From positions 14,575 to 78,574 of the forward strand of contig CAYTOD010000002.1 of assembly GCA_964439315.1 (NCBI GenBank): DNA of 64,000 nucleotides, written 5' to 3'. Under the pieces are notes generated by a model, which made no database searches, had not been told where the DNA came from, and saw only the letters and a program-made list of their open reading frames with translations. This document shows positions 49,389-58,293 of the stretch, in pieces (the stretch's first letter is position 1; the number at the start of each line of letters is the position of its first letter). The DNA comes from an uncultured Mycobacterium sp. (GTDB lineage: Bacteria > Actinomycetota > Actinomycetes > Mycobacteriales > Mycobacteriaceae). A program made the position numbers and the translations under genes.

Positions 49389-49679
49389 GTGGCGCTCTTC
49401 TTCGAAATCCTGGGCTTTGCACTGTTTCTGTTCTGGCTTCTGCTCATCGCCCGGATCGTCGTCGAGTTCATCCGCTCGTTCAGCAGGGACTGGCACCCGC
49501 GCGGGGTGACGGTGGTGATCCTCGAGGCGATCATGACCGTCACCGATCCGCCGGTGAAGCTCTTCCGTCGGGTGATCCCGCAGCTCACGATCGGTTCGGT
49601 CCGTCTGGACTTCTCCGTGATGGTCCTTCTGATGCTGGCGTTTTTCGGGATGCAACTGGCGTTCGGCGCCGCTTCGTAA
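49389..49679 (+). CDS. yggT: YggT/YlmG family membrane protein
   Basis: TDPPVKLFRRVIP..RLDFS; leaderless GTG 7 nt after TAGGCT. Confidence 0.95.
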   Translation: MALFFEILGFALFLFWLLLIARIVVEFIRSFSRDWHPRGVTVVILEAIMTVTDPPVKLFRRVIPQLTIGSVRLDFSVMVLLMLAFFGMQLAFGAAS

Positions 49680-49878
49680 TCGGGGTACCCCGATCTCGGG
49701 CAGCACGGGCCGCTGGGTCCTGGAATCTGAAAATCGTTCTTAAAATATCGGTCACTGGTGCAACCGGCGGGTCTGGTGTGACAGGATGGGCGCCAGTTAC
49801 AGTTCCGAGGGCTCTTCAGGCGCGCTCTAACACTGCAACCCGGGTTTTTTCCACCGTCCCAGATCGGAGGGGCACACG

Positions 49879-50640
49879 ATGCCACTGACACCGGCCGACG
49901 TGCACAATGTGGCGTTCAGCAAGCCGCCCATCGGCAAACGCGGATACAACGAGGACGAGGTCGACGCCTTCCTCGATCTGGTGGAGACCGAGCTGTCCCG
50001 GCTCGTCGAGGAGAACGCCGATCTGCGCCAGCGGGTTGCCGAGCTCGACGCCGAATTGACGGCGGCGCGATCGGGAGTGCAGCCCACCCAGGTGATTCCG
50101 CTGCCCCAGCCCGAGGCCGAGCCGGTCGCGCAGTTGACCGTTGTCGAAGAGCCCATCCACACCCCGAGCATCAACGAGGAGCAGGCCGCCAAGGCCGCCC
50201 GGGTTCTGAGCCTCGCGCAGGACACCGCCGATCGGTTGACGACCACCGCCCGCGCGGACGCCGAGAAGATGCTCGCCGATGCGCATGCCAACGCCGATCA
50301 GATCATGACCGAGGCGCGTGAGCTGGCGGAGACCACCGTCGCCGACGCCAAGCAGCGGGCCGACGCCATGCTCAACGACGCCCAGGTCCGCTCGGAGGCT
50401 CAGCTCCGTCAGGCGTACGAGAAGGCGGACTTCCTGCAGGCCGACGCCGAGCGCAAGCACTCCGAGCTGATGACCAACATCAACCAGCAGCGCACTCTGC
50501 TGGAGGGGCGCCTCGAACAACTCCGCACCTTCGAGCGCGAGTACCGCACCCGGTTGAAGACCTACCTGGAGTCCCAGCTCGAGGAGTTGGGTCAGCGCGG
50601 TTCGGCCGCTCCGACCGACGTCGGCGACGCCCAGTACTAA
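49879..50640 (+). CDS. wag31: DivIVA-family polar growth protein
   Basis: [53 protein letters not shown]. Confidence 0.98.
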   Translation: MPLTPADVHNVAFSKPPIGKRGYNEDEVDAFLDLVETELSRLVEENADLRQRVAELDAELTAARSGVQPTQVIPLPQPEAEPVAQLTVVEEPIHTPSINEEQAAKAARVLSLAQDTADRLTTTARADAEKMLADAHANADQIMTEARELAETTVADAKQRADAMLNDAQVRSEAQLRQAYEKADFLQADAERKHSELMTNINQQRTLLEGRLEQLRTFEREYRTRLKTYLESQLEELGQRGSAAPTDVGDAQY

Positions 50641-50685
50641 GACTGCAGTAGTAGACCAAGGCGCACCTGAGCAGCTGGAGGCCCG

Positions 50686-51315
50686 ATGCTGATCATTGCG
50701 CTGGTGCTCGCTGTCATCGCGTTGGCCGCCCTGGTTACCGCAGTGGTGACCAGCAATGAGCTCATCGCTTGGGTCTGTGTCGGGGCGAGCGCACTGGGTG
50801 TGCTGCTGCTGATCGCCGACGCGATCCGGGACCGCAAGCGTCGTCGGCTGGAAGCCTTGGCGGCCTCCTCGGCGACCGCCGTGATCGCGGCGGCCGACAG
50901 TGGTGCTGTCCTGGATCCGGACGATCTGGCCGCAGACGTGGATGCCGTCGACGACTACTTCGACGACGTGATCGATACCGACGTGACCGAAGAGGCCGAG
51001 CGTGAACAGGCCGAGCGTGAACAGGCCGAGCGTGAACAGGCCGAGGAGACGGTGGAGGAGGTCTCGGTGGGGAATCTCGAGAAGGCTGAAGACCATCCCG
51101 AAGAAGTGGTCCACGATGAGCCCGAGTACGACATGTACAGCGACGACGAGCCCGAGTATCCGGAATCGGCCGAGGAGTCTGCGCTGCACACCGTGGTGAT
51201 CGATCCCTCCGATGATGAGGCCGACGTGACCACGGTGGACGAGGACGATGTCGACCTCGGCTACCGATCGGAAGGCGTCGACCTCGAGGTCCCCGGCGAG
51301 GACGACCGCCCGTAA
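50686..51315 (+). CDS. Two-TM membrane protein with a long acidic tail (Rv2144c-like)
   Basis: MLIIALVLAVI..VTSNELIAWVCVGAS..DAIRDR; D/E-rich tail with a 15-bp repeat at 50993-51045. Confidence 0.85.
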   Translation: MLIIALVLAVIALAALVTAVVTSNELIAWVCVGASALGVLLLIADAIRDRKRRRLEALAASSATAVIAAADSGAVLDPDDLAADVDAVDDYFDDVIDTDVTEEAEREQAEREQAEREQAEETVEEVSVGNLEKAEDHPEEVVHDEPEYDMYSDDEPEYPESAEESALHTVVIDPSDDEADVTTVDEDDVDLGYRSEGVDLEVPGEDDRP

Positions 51316-51325
51316 CCTGGACCCC

Positions 51326-52705
51326 ATGGGGATTCAGTACGCCAGCATCGTCGATCATCCGCTCGATGACGTGTTCGCCTGGCACACCCGTGCCGGCGCC
51401 ATGCGCCGTCTCGTCCCGCCATGGCAGCCGATGCGGGTCGTCAAGGAGACCGAGTCGCTGGCCGACGGCCAGGCGATCCTCGGCCTGCCGGGTGGCTTGC
51501 GCTGGATCGCCCAGCACGATCCGGCCGGCTACGACCCGCCGCGTCAATTCGTGGACGTGTTGTCCTCCGAGCCCGGGACTCGGGGTCTGCTGACCCTGCC
51601 GCCACGGGCCATCGGCTGGTGGCGCCACACCCATCGGTTCGCCGATGCCGGAAACGGAACCACCCGCGTGCACGACGAAGTGGACACCACGGTGCCCGGG
51701 TTCGCCCTGCGGTCGACCTTCGCCTATCGCCACCGCCAGCTTGCCGAGGATCTTGCCGCTCACCGCGATGCCGCCGAGGCCGGCGTGGGTCCGCTGACGG
51801 TCGCGCTGACCGGAGCCTCCGGTCTGGTGGGCACCGCTCTGGCGGCGTTCCTGAGCACCGGCGGGCACCGGGTGATCCGGCTGGTTCGCCACGAGCCGGG
51901 CGGCGTCGACGAACGTCGTTGGGATCCAAAGGATCCGGCCGCGGATCTGCTGGAGGGTGTCGACGCCGTGGTGCACCTCGCGGGTGAGTCGATCGCCGGC
52001 CGGTTCACCGCGGCACACCGCCGGGCCATCCGCGATTCCCGCATCGAACCGACGCGACGACTGGCCGAGGTCGCCGCCCGGACCGCGGGTCTGCGCGCCT
52101 TCGTCAGCGCCTCGGCGATCGGGTACTACGGCTACGACTGCGGTGACACCGTGCTGGACGAGGATAGTCCCCGCGGCGAAGGCTTCCTGGCCGACGTCGT
52201 GGCGGACTGGGAGGCCGCCACCGCTCCGGCCGCCGCCGCGGCACTGCGGGTGGTGACTGTGCGCACCGGGATCGTGCAGGCCGCCGCCGGCGGAACCCTC
52301 AAACTGCTCCGGCCGCTGTTCGCCGCCGGACTGGGCGGCCGCTTGGGCAGCGGAACCCAGTGGCTGTCCTGGATCGGGATCGACGACCTGCTCGACATCT
52401 ATTACCGGGCGCTCTACGACAGCCGGCTGACCGGTCCGGTCAACGCCGTGGCGCCAAACCCGTTGCGCAACAGCGACTACACCGCGGCTCTGGCTGCCAC
52501 CGTGCATCGGCCGGCTCTGTTGCCGGTCCCGTCCTTCGGCCCCCGTCTGCTGCTGGGAAAGCAGGGCGCCGTCGAACTCGCCGAGGCCAATCAGCGGGTC
52601 GCTCCGGCCAAGCTGACCGGTTTCGGCCACCGGTTCCGCCAGGCCACCGTGCAGGATGCACTGGCTCACCAGTTGGGCCACGACCCCGCGCCCGGAGTGC
52701 TGTAA
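51326..52705 (+). CDS. TIGR01777 NAD-dependent epimerase-like protein with an N-terminal SRPBCC domain
   Basis: WHTRAGAMRRLVPPW (SRPBCC), TGASGLVG, HLAGESI, SASAIGYYG, QWLSWI. Confidence 0.9.
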   Translation: MGIQYASIVDHPLDDVFAWHTRAGAMRRLVPPWQPMRVVKETESLADGQAILGLPGGLRWIAQHDPAGYDPPRQFVDVLSSEPGTRGLLTLPPRAIGWWRHTHRFADAGNGTTRVHDEVDTTVPGFALRSTFAYRHRQLAEDLAAHRDAAEAGVGPLTVALTGASGLVGTALAAFLSTGGHRVIRLVRHEPGGVDERRWDPKDPAADLLEGVDAVVHLAGESIAGRFTAAHRRAIRDSRIEPTRRLAEVAARTAGLRAFVSASAIGYYGYDCGDTVLDEDSPRGEGFLADVVADWEAATAPAAAAALRVVTVRTGIVQAAAGGTLKLLRPLFAAGLGGRLGSGTQWLSWIGIDDLLDIYYRALYDSRLTGPVNAVAPNPLRNSDYTAALAATVHRPALLPVPSFGPRLLLGKQGAVELAEANQRVAPAKLTGFGHRFRQATVQDALAHQLGHDPAPGVL

Positions 52706-52709
52706 GCAG

Positions 52710-52723
52710 ATGACCTTTGGCCC
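52710..52723. promoter_or_regulatory. Candidate DosR (DevR) box upstream of the hydrogenase operon
   Basis: ATGACCTTTGGCCC against the GGGAC-N4-GTCCC palindrome; centred about 43 nt before the ATG at 52760, which follows CACGAT-N6. Confidence 0.55.
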
Positions 52724-52759
52724 CCTTGCGAACCGCCGGCCATGGGGCACGATAGGGAC

Positions 52760-53878
52760 ATGACGGCTGGCGGTTCCCTGGTGATCGACCGCGCGGGTCT
52801 GCAGCAGCTGGTCGCCGAACTGCGCCGCCGCGAGTATCGCGTGGTGGGGCCGACCCTGCGGGACAACGCCATCGTGCTGGCCGAAATCGAGAGCGCCGAG
52901 GAACTGCCCCATGGCTGGGGCGTCGACGTCGCCCCCGGAACCTATCGGCTCCGCCGCCGCCCCGACAGCGCGGCGTTCGGGCACTCCGCGGGTCCGCAGT
53001 CCTGGAAGCAGTTCGTCCACCCGGCCCGGCAACGGGTGTGGTCCTCGGACGGTCCTGCGGATGACGAAAAGCCCTGCAAATACGCATTTCTCGGCGTCCG
53101 CGGCTGTGACCTGGCGGCACTCGGGGTGCTGGACAGGGTCCTGGTCGGCGGCGCACACCCCGACGACGCCTACGCACGCCGTCGCAGTGGCGCGTTCATC
53201 GTCGCGGTCAACTGCACCGAGCCTGGCGGACTGTGCTTCTGCTCGTCGATGGGAACAGGCCCGGCCTGCGGGCCCGGCCACGACCTGTCGCTGACCGAAC
53301 GGGTCGACGGCGACGAGGTCAGCTATCTGGTCGATATCGGTAGCGGCGCCGGTTCAGAGGTCATCGCGGCCGTTCCGCACCGGCCGGCTCAACCTTCCGA
53401 ATGTGACGCCGCGGCAGCCGAGATCGCCGCTGCTGCAACGGCAATGGGACGACACATGCCGGAGGTGGACCTGCGCCGGCTACTGGTGGACTCCCGCGAG
53501 TCGCCGCACTGGGCTGAGGTTTCAGGGCGTTGTCTGACCTGTGGGAACTGCACCATGGTGTGCCCGACCTGTTTCTGCACCAGTACGTCTGACGTCACCG
53601 ACCTGACCGGTGAACATGCCGAGCGGTGGATGGAGTGGGCGTCCTGTTTCGAGCTGGACTTCAGCTTCATCCACGAGGGCCCGGTCCGCCGGTCCGGACA
53701 GTCGCGCTACCGGCAGTGGCTCACCCACAAACTCAGTAGTTGGCACGACCAGTTCGGCAGCTCCGGCTGCGTGGGCTGCGGTCGTTGCATCGCGTGGTGT
53801 CCCACCGGGATCGACATCACCGAGGAGATGGCGGCCTTCCACCGGGAGCAGGATGACGGCGATGGCACAGCCGGCTAG
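52760..53878 (+). CDS. hyhB: Group 3b [NiFe]-hydrogenase beta (4Fe-4S) subunit
   Basis: [17 protein letters not shown] and [17 protein letters not shown]; GVRGCD. Confidence 0.92.
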   Translation: MTAGGSLVIDRAGLQQLVAELRRREYRVVGPTLRDNAIVLAEIESAEELPHGWGVDVAPGTYRLRRRPDSAAFGHSAGPQSWKQFVHPARQRVWSSDGPADDEKPCKYAFLGVRGCDLAALGVLDRVLVGGAHPDDAYARRRSGAFIVAVNCTEPGGLCFCSSMGTGPACGPGHDLSLTERVDGDEVSYLVDIGSGAGSEVIAAVPHRPAQPSECDAAAAEIAAAATAMGRHMPEVDLRRLLVDSRESPHWAEVSGRCLTCGNCTMVCPTCFCTSTSDVTDLTGEHAERWMEWASCFELDFSFIHEGPVRRSGQSRYRQWLTHKLSSWHDQFGSSGCVGCGRCIAWCPTGIDITEEMAAFHREQDDGDGTAG

Positions 53879-54698
53879 CGCGATGGCCCCGGTGCCCTAC
53901 CGGGTGCGGTCCAAGCAGGTCGAGAACGCCGACTCGGTGACGCTCGCACTCGAACCGGTGAACACCGCCCTGGCACCGCCGCAGCCGGGGGAGTTCACCA
54001 TGATCTCCGCGTTCGGCGTCGGCGAGGTCGCGATCTCGGTCAGCGGGGTCCCGGCCGGGGACGACGGCGTCATCACGCACACCATTCGCGCGGTCGGCGC
54101 GGTCAGCGCTGCCCTGTGCGCGGCCGAGCCCGGCTCGACTCTGGGCATGCGGGGGCCGTTCGGCACGGGCTGGGAGCTGGGCCGGGCGGCCGGCCGTGAC
54201 CTCGTGATCGTCGCGGGCGGGGTCGGCTTGGCTCCGCTGCGCCCACTGGTGCTGGCGGCGCTGGCCGATCGGGACCGCTACGGCCGCGTGGTGCTTATCG
54301 CCGGTGCGCGGGCCGAGCGCGATTTCCTCTACGCCGCGGAACTCATCGACTGGAAAGAGGATTCGCGCCTGGAAGTCCACCTGACCGTCGACGTTCCTCT
54401 GCAGGGCTGGCCGGGGGAGACCGGTTTCGTCACCGAACCGCTGCGCAGGTTGGCGCTGCAGCCGGCCGGCACTACCGCGTTCCTCTGCGGCCCTGAAACG
54501 ATGATGCGCTTCGCGGCGCAGGCCCTGCTGGCCAAAGGCGTCGCCGCCCGCGACATCCGGGTATCGCTGGAGCGCAACATGCAGTGTGGGATCGGCTGGT
54601 GCGGGCATTGCCAGCTCGGCCCGCTGCTGCTCTGCCGGGACGGGCCGGTGGTCGGGTACGACGTCGCGGCGCCGCTGCTGAAAGTCGAGGAGCTATGA
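53862..54698 (+). CDS. hyhG: Group 3b hydrogenase gamma (FAD/NAD-binding, 2Fe-2S) subunit
   Basis: [45 protein letters not shown]. Confidence 0.92.
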   Translation: MAQPASAMAPVPYRVRSKQVENADSVTLALEPVNTALAPPQPGEFTMISAFGVGEVAISVSGVPAGDDGVITHTIRAVGAVSAALCAAEPGSTLGMRGPFGTGWELGRAAGRDLVIVAGGVGLAPLRPLVLAALADRDRYGRVVLIAGARAERDFLYAAELIDWKEDSRLEVHLTVDVPLQGWPGETGFVTEPLRRLALQPAGTTAFLCGPETMMRFAAQALLAKGVAARDIRVSLERNMQCGIGWCGHCQLGPLLLCRDGPVVGYDVAAPLLKVEEL

Positions 54699-55453
54699 AC
54701 CGGTCGGGGAATCCCCGTTTGGCGGTGTGGAAGTTCGCGTCCTGCGACGGCTGCCAGCTCACGCTGCTGGACTGCGAGGACGAACTGCTCACCCTCGCCG
54801 AGCAGGTGGAGATCGCCGCCTTCCCGGAAGCCTCCAGCGCGATCGTCGGCGGCCCCTACGACGTGTCGCTGGTCGAGGGCTCGATCACCACGCCGGCCGA
54901 GGAGCGCCGGATCGTCGAGATCCGTGCCCAGTCCGCTGTGCTGGTCGCGATCGGCGCGTGTGCCACCGCGGGCGGCATCCAGGCGCTGCGCAATTTCGCC
55001 GACGTCGGCGAGTTCGCCTCGGTGGTGTACGCGCGGCCGGACTACATCGAAACCCTGGCCACCTCGACGCCCGCCTCCGCGCACGTGACCGTCGACTACG
55101 AACTGCGCGGCTGTCCGATCGACCGGGGACAGCTGCTGGACACCCTGGCCGCCCTGCTGGTCGGCCGCAAGCCCCGGCTCCCAGCCGCAACGGTGTGCAC
55201 CGAGTGCAAACGATCCGGGGTGACGTGCGTATCCGTCGCAGAGGGGATCGCCTGCCTGGGGCCGGTCACCCACGCCGGCTGCGGGGCGCTGTGCCCGCGG
55301 CACCATCGCGGCTGCTACGGCTGCTTCGGTCCCGCGGCCACCCCCAACATGGGCGCGATGATTCCTCTGCTGCATCGCGACGGGATGTCCGGCGACGACG
55401 TCGATCGGGTTTTCCACACCTTCACGGTGACCCAGTTCGGGGGGGGCCGATGA
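54695..55453 (+). CDS. hyhS: Group 3b hydrogenase small (delta) subunit
   Basis: ASCDGCQ, GACA, GCP, CTEC..CLGP..GCGALCP..CYGC. Confidence 0.93.
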   Translation: MNRSGNPRLAVWKFASCDGCQLTLLDCEDELLTLAEQVEIAAFPEASSAIVGGPYDVSLVEGSITTPAEERRIVEIRAQSAVLVAIGACATAGGIQALRNFADVGEFASVVYARPDYIETLATSTPASAHVTVDYELRGCPIDRGQLLDTLAALLVGRKPRLPAATVCTECKRSGVTCVSVAEGIACLGPVTHAGCGALCPRHHRGCYGCFGPAATPNMGAMIPLLHRDGMSGDDVDRVFHTFTVTQFGGGR

Positions 55454-56733
55454 CCCAGCGCACGTTACGGGTCGCAGCGCTGACCCGGGTTGAGGGGGAA
55501 GGCGCCCTGCACGTCGAGCTGCGCGACGGGAAGCCCGAACGCGTCGAACTCAACATCTACGAGCCGCCCCGCTTCTTCGAGGCCTTCCTGCGCGGCAGGG
55601 CCTACACCGAGCCTCCCGATCTGACCGCACGCATCTGCGGCATCTGCCCGGTGGCCTATCAGACCAGCGCCTGCAACGCCATCGAGGACGCCTGCGGGGT
55701 GACGCTGGACCCGGAGCTGGTGGCCTTGCGCCGGCTGCTCTACTGCGGGGAGTGGATACACAGCCACGCGCTGCACATCTACATGCTGCACGCGCCGGAT
55801 TTCCTTGGCGCACCCGACATCATCACCGTGGCGCGCGACCATCGCGAGGCGGTGGAGACCGGGCTGGCCCTGAAGAAGGCCGGCAACCAGTTGATGGAAC
55901 TCGTCGGGGGCCGCTCGATTCATCCGGTCAACGTTCGCGTCGGCGGCTTCTACTCGACGCCGGTCGCCGCCGACATGAAGGCGATGGCCGAACAGTTGCG
56001 CCGTGCCCTCGACCATGCGCTGGACTGCGTGAGTTGGGTTGCCGGATTCGACTTTCCGGACCTCACCGTCGAGCACGAGTTGTTGGCCCTGACCGGCGAC
56101 CGGTACCCGATGGAAGACGGCCGGATCGCCCGCAGTGCCGGACCGGCCTTCGGCGTGGCCGAATTCGGCGAGCATGTGCGCGAGACCCAGGTGCCGCACT
56201 CCACCGCACTGCACGCCACGCTCGACGGTGAGCGCCACCTGACCGGCCCACTGGCCCGCTATTCGCTCAACCATCATCTGCTCACGCCGCTGGCCCGGGA
56301 GGCGGCGAGTGCGGCCGGTCTGGGTTCGGAGTGCCGGAACCCCTTCCGCAGCATCATCGTTCGCGCCGTCGAAACGGTGTACGCGGTGGAGGAGGCGCTG
56401 CGCATCATCGACGAGTACCGGCGTCCGGCGCGGCCGCACGTCGACGTGGAGGCCCGGCCCGCAGTGGGTCACGGAGTCAGCGAGGCCCCCCGCGGCCTGC
56501 TCTACCACCGCTACGAGATCGACGCCGACGGACTGATCGCCGCCGCGGACATCGTGCCGCCCACGGCGCAGAACCAGGCGGCGATCGAAGACGACCTGGC
56601 CCGCGTGGTGGTGGCGGGGGAGGGCCTCGACGACGCCGAACTCACGGCCATGTGCGAGCGCACCATCCGCAACTACGACCCGTGCATATCCTGCGCCACC
56701 CACTTCCTCACCGTCCACGTCGACCGGAGGTGA
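55450..56733 (+). CDS. hyhL: Group 3b [NiFe]-hydrogenase large (alpha) subunit
   Basis: RVEGEG, L1 motif RICGICP, L2 motif DPCISCATH, plus a cleavable C-terminal extension. Confidence 0.96.
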   Translation: MTQRTLRVAALTRVEGEGALHVELRDGKPERVELNIYEPPRFFEAFLRGRAYTEPPDLTARICGICPVAYQTSACNAIEDACGVTLDPELVALRRLLYCGEWIHSHALHIYMLHAPDFLGAPDIITVARDHREAVETGLALKKAGNQLMELVGGRSIHPVNVRVGGFYSTPVAADMKAMAEQLRRALDHALDCVSWVAGFDFPDLTVEHELLALTGDRYPMEDGRIARSAGPAFGVAEFGEHVRETQVPHSTALHATLDGERHLTGPLARYSLNHHLLTPLAREAASAAGLGSECRNPFRSIIVRAVETVYAVEEALRIIDEYRRPARPHVDVEARPAVGHGVSEAPRGLLYHRYEIDADGLIAAADIVPPTAQNQAAIEDDLARVVVAGEGLDDAELTAMCERTIRNYDPCISCATHFLTVHVDRR

Positions 56734-57212
56734 GCGTCCGGGCGGTCGTCATCGGCATCGGCAACATCCACCGCCGCGACGACGGGATCGGGCCGGAAGT
56801 TGCCGAAGTCATTGCCCGGCAGGATATTCCGGGTGTGCGCGTGCGCACCTGTCCGGCTGAACCCACCGCACTGCTGGACGCCTGGGCGGGCGCCGATATC
56901 GCCGTCATCGTCGATGCCGCCGCCGGTGGCAGTCCCGGCCGGGTCCGGCGATGCACGCCGCACGACCTCGCCGCCGCCGCGCCGGTGAGTTCCCACGACC
57001 TGAACCTGGCGCAGGCCTACGAACTAGGCGTCGCTCTGGGCCGCGCACCGCAGAGTGTCGTGGTGGTTGCCGTCGACGTCGCCGACACCGGCCACGGGAC
57101 CGGCTTGAGTCCTGCGGTGGCCGCTGCGGTACCGGCTGCGTCAGCCGAAGTGCTCTCCGCCCTCGGGGGTCCGGCCCTGCAGGTCGAGGAATCCGCGCAC
57201 CAGGGTCCGTAA
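56730..57212 (+). CDS. Hydrogenase maturation protease (HycI/HybD family)
   Basis: GIGN..DDGIG, IVDAA, SSH; GTGA overlap with the large subunit gene. Confidence 0.93.
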   Translation: MSVRAVVIGIGNIHRRDDGIGPEVAEVIARQDIPGVRVRTCPAEPTALLDAWAGADIAVIVDAAAGGSPGRVRRCTPHDLAAAAPVSSHDLNLAQAYELGVALGRAPQSVVVVAVDVADTGHGTGLSPAVAAAVPAASAEVLSALGGPALQVEESAHQGP

Positions 57213-57866
57213 CCGCCGGGCGGCGTCACCGGCCACCGCGGCGGTGCGGTCACGTACGTCGCGGGGGTCCATCCCGAGGTCCGCCAGTTCGCCGGCGTCC
57301 TCGAGCAGCCATTGCTCGACCAGGGCCTCGTCGACCTCGGGGTGGAACTGCAGCCCCAGCGCTCGGCCGTGGACAAAAGCCTGTGGGGCGGAGTCGTTCC
57401 GGGCGATCACCGTGGCGCCGGTCGGTGGGGTGAAGCGATCGAAGTGCCACTGGAACCACGGCCCGCCCGGCACCAGGTCCCCGGCGTCGCTGTGCACCTC
57501 GTGCCAGCCGATCTCGGGCAGTGGGGACCGGGCCACCGCTCCTCCGAGTGCGGCGGCAAGCAGTTGCCCGCCGAAGCACACCCCGAGTACCCCGACGCCG
57601 GCCTCGAGTGCGCGGCGCACCATCGCGATCTCGGTGGCCACCCACGGCAGGGTCCGGTCGTACACCGGCCACCGTCCGCCCAGTGGGACGACGACGTCGT
57701 AGCGGGTGGGATCGGGGAAAGTCACCTCCATCGCCGGGTCGCCGGTCCGGTCGGGCGGCACCACCGCGAAAGTCTCGATGTCGAAACCGGATTCGGCGAA
57801 GGCGTCGCCCAGCAACGCTTCCGGTGCGGACGGATCGTTGCGGACGAACAGCACCGTGCGGGCCAT
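57141..57866 (-). CDS. Type 1 glutamine amidotransferase-like protein
   Basis: GVCFGGQLL (nucleophile Cys), EIGW, QWHFD, QFHPE. Confidence 0.92.
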   Translation of the reverse strand: MARTVLFVRNDPSAPEALLGDAFAESGFDIETFAVVPPDRTGDPAMEVTFPDPTRYDVVVPLGGRWPVYDRTLPWVATEIAMVRRALEAGVGVLGVCFGGQLLAAALGGAVARSPLPEIGWHEVHSDAGDLVPGGPWFQWHFDRFTPPTGATVIARNDSAPQAFVHGRALGLQFHPEVDEALVEQWLLEDAGELADLGMDPRDVRDRTAAVAGDAARRLRTLVRGFLDLQGRTPEGGEHFG

Positions 57867-57893
57867 CGGCTCACGTTACGTTAGGTTGGGTTC

Positions 57894-58292
57894 ATGCGGC
57901 CGCTCTATACCGCCCTGGTGGGCTTGGTCGTCGCCGCCCATTTCGCCTTCCTGATCTATCTGCCCACCGGCGGTTTCCTGGCACTGGCCCGGCGTCACTC
58001 GATCTGGTTGCACGTCGCGGCCGTGCTCTGGGCGATCGGCAGTGTGACGCTGCACTTCTGGTGTCCGCTCACCGCACTCGAGCAGTGGGCCCGCCCCCGG
58101 GCCGGGATGGCGCCGCTGGGGTCGGCCGGCTTCATCGACCACTACGTCACCGGCGTGATCTATCCGACCTGGGCCACTGGCTACGTCCAAGCGGCCGCGT
58201 TCGCAGCGGTGCTGGTCTCCTGGGTGATCTTCGCGCGCGGCTCAGGGCGAACCCGATCGGCCGGGGTTCCAACACCAGCCGGAGCCCGCTGA
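57894..58292 (+). CDS. DUF2784-family membrane protein
   Basis: HFAFL, WLH, CPLTALE, GFIDHY; leaderless ATG 6 nt after TAGGTT. Confidence 0.85.
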   Translation: MRPLYTALVGLVVAAHFAFLIYLPTGGFLALARRHSIWLHVAAVLWAIGSVTLHFWCPLTALEQWARPRAGMAPLGSAGFIDHYVTGVIYPTWATGYVQAAAFAAVLVSWVIFARGSGRTRSAGVPTPAGAR

Positions 58293-58293
58293 C

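Noticed and set aside
50762-53281. 839-aa minus-strand ORF and other long antisense ORFs (e.g. 4614-6563, 21477-21833, 54727-55449)
   Set aside because: They shadow well-supported genes and give Arg/Pro/Gly-rich sequence with no motifs, as expected from stop-codon scarcity at high GC.
55439-55446. G8 run before the hydrogenase large subunit as a phase-variation switch
   Set aside because: The frame and ATGA coupling are intact, and short G runs are common at this GC content. There is no evidence of variation.
57867-58293. yybP-ykoY riboswitch upstream of TerC
   Set aside because: The upstream sequence is fully occupied by the DUF2784 coding region.
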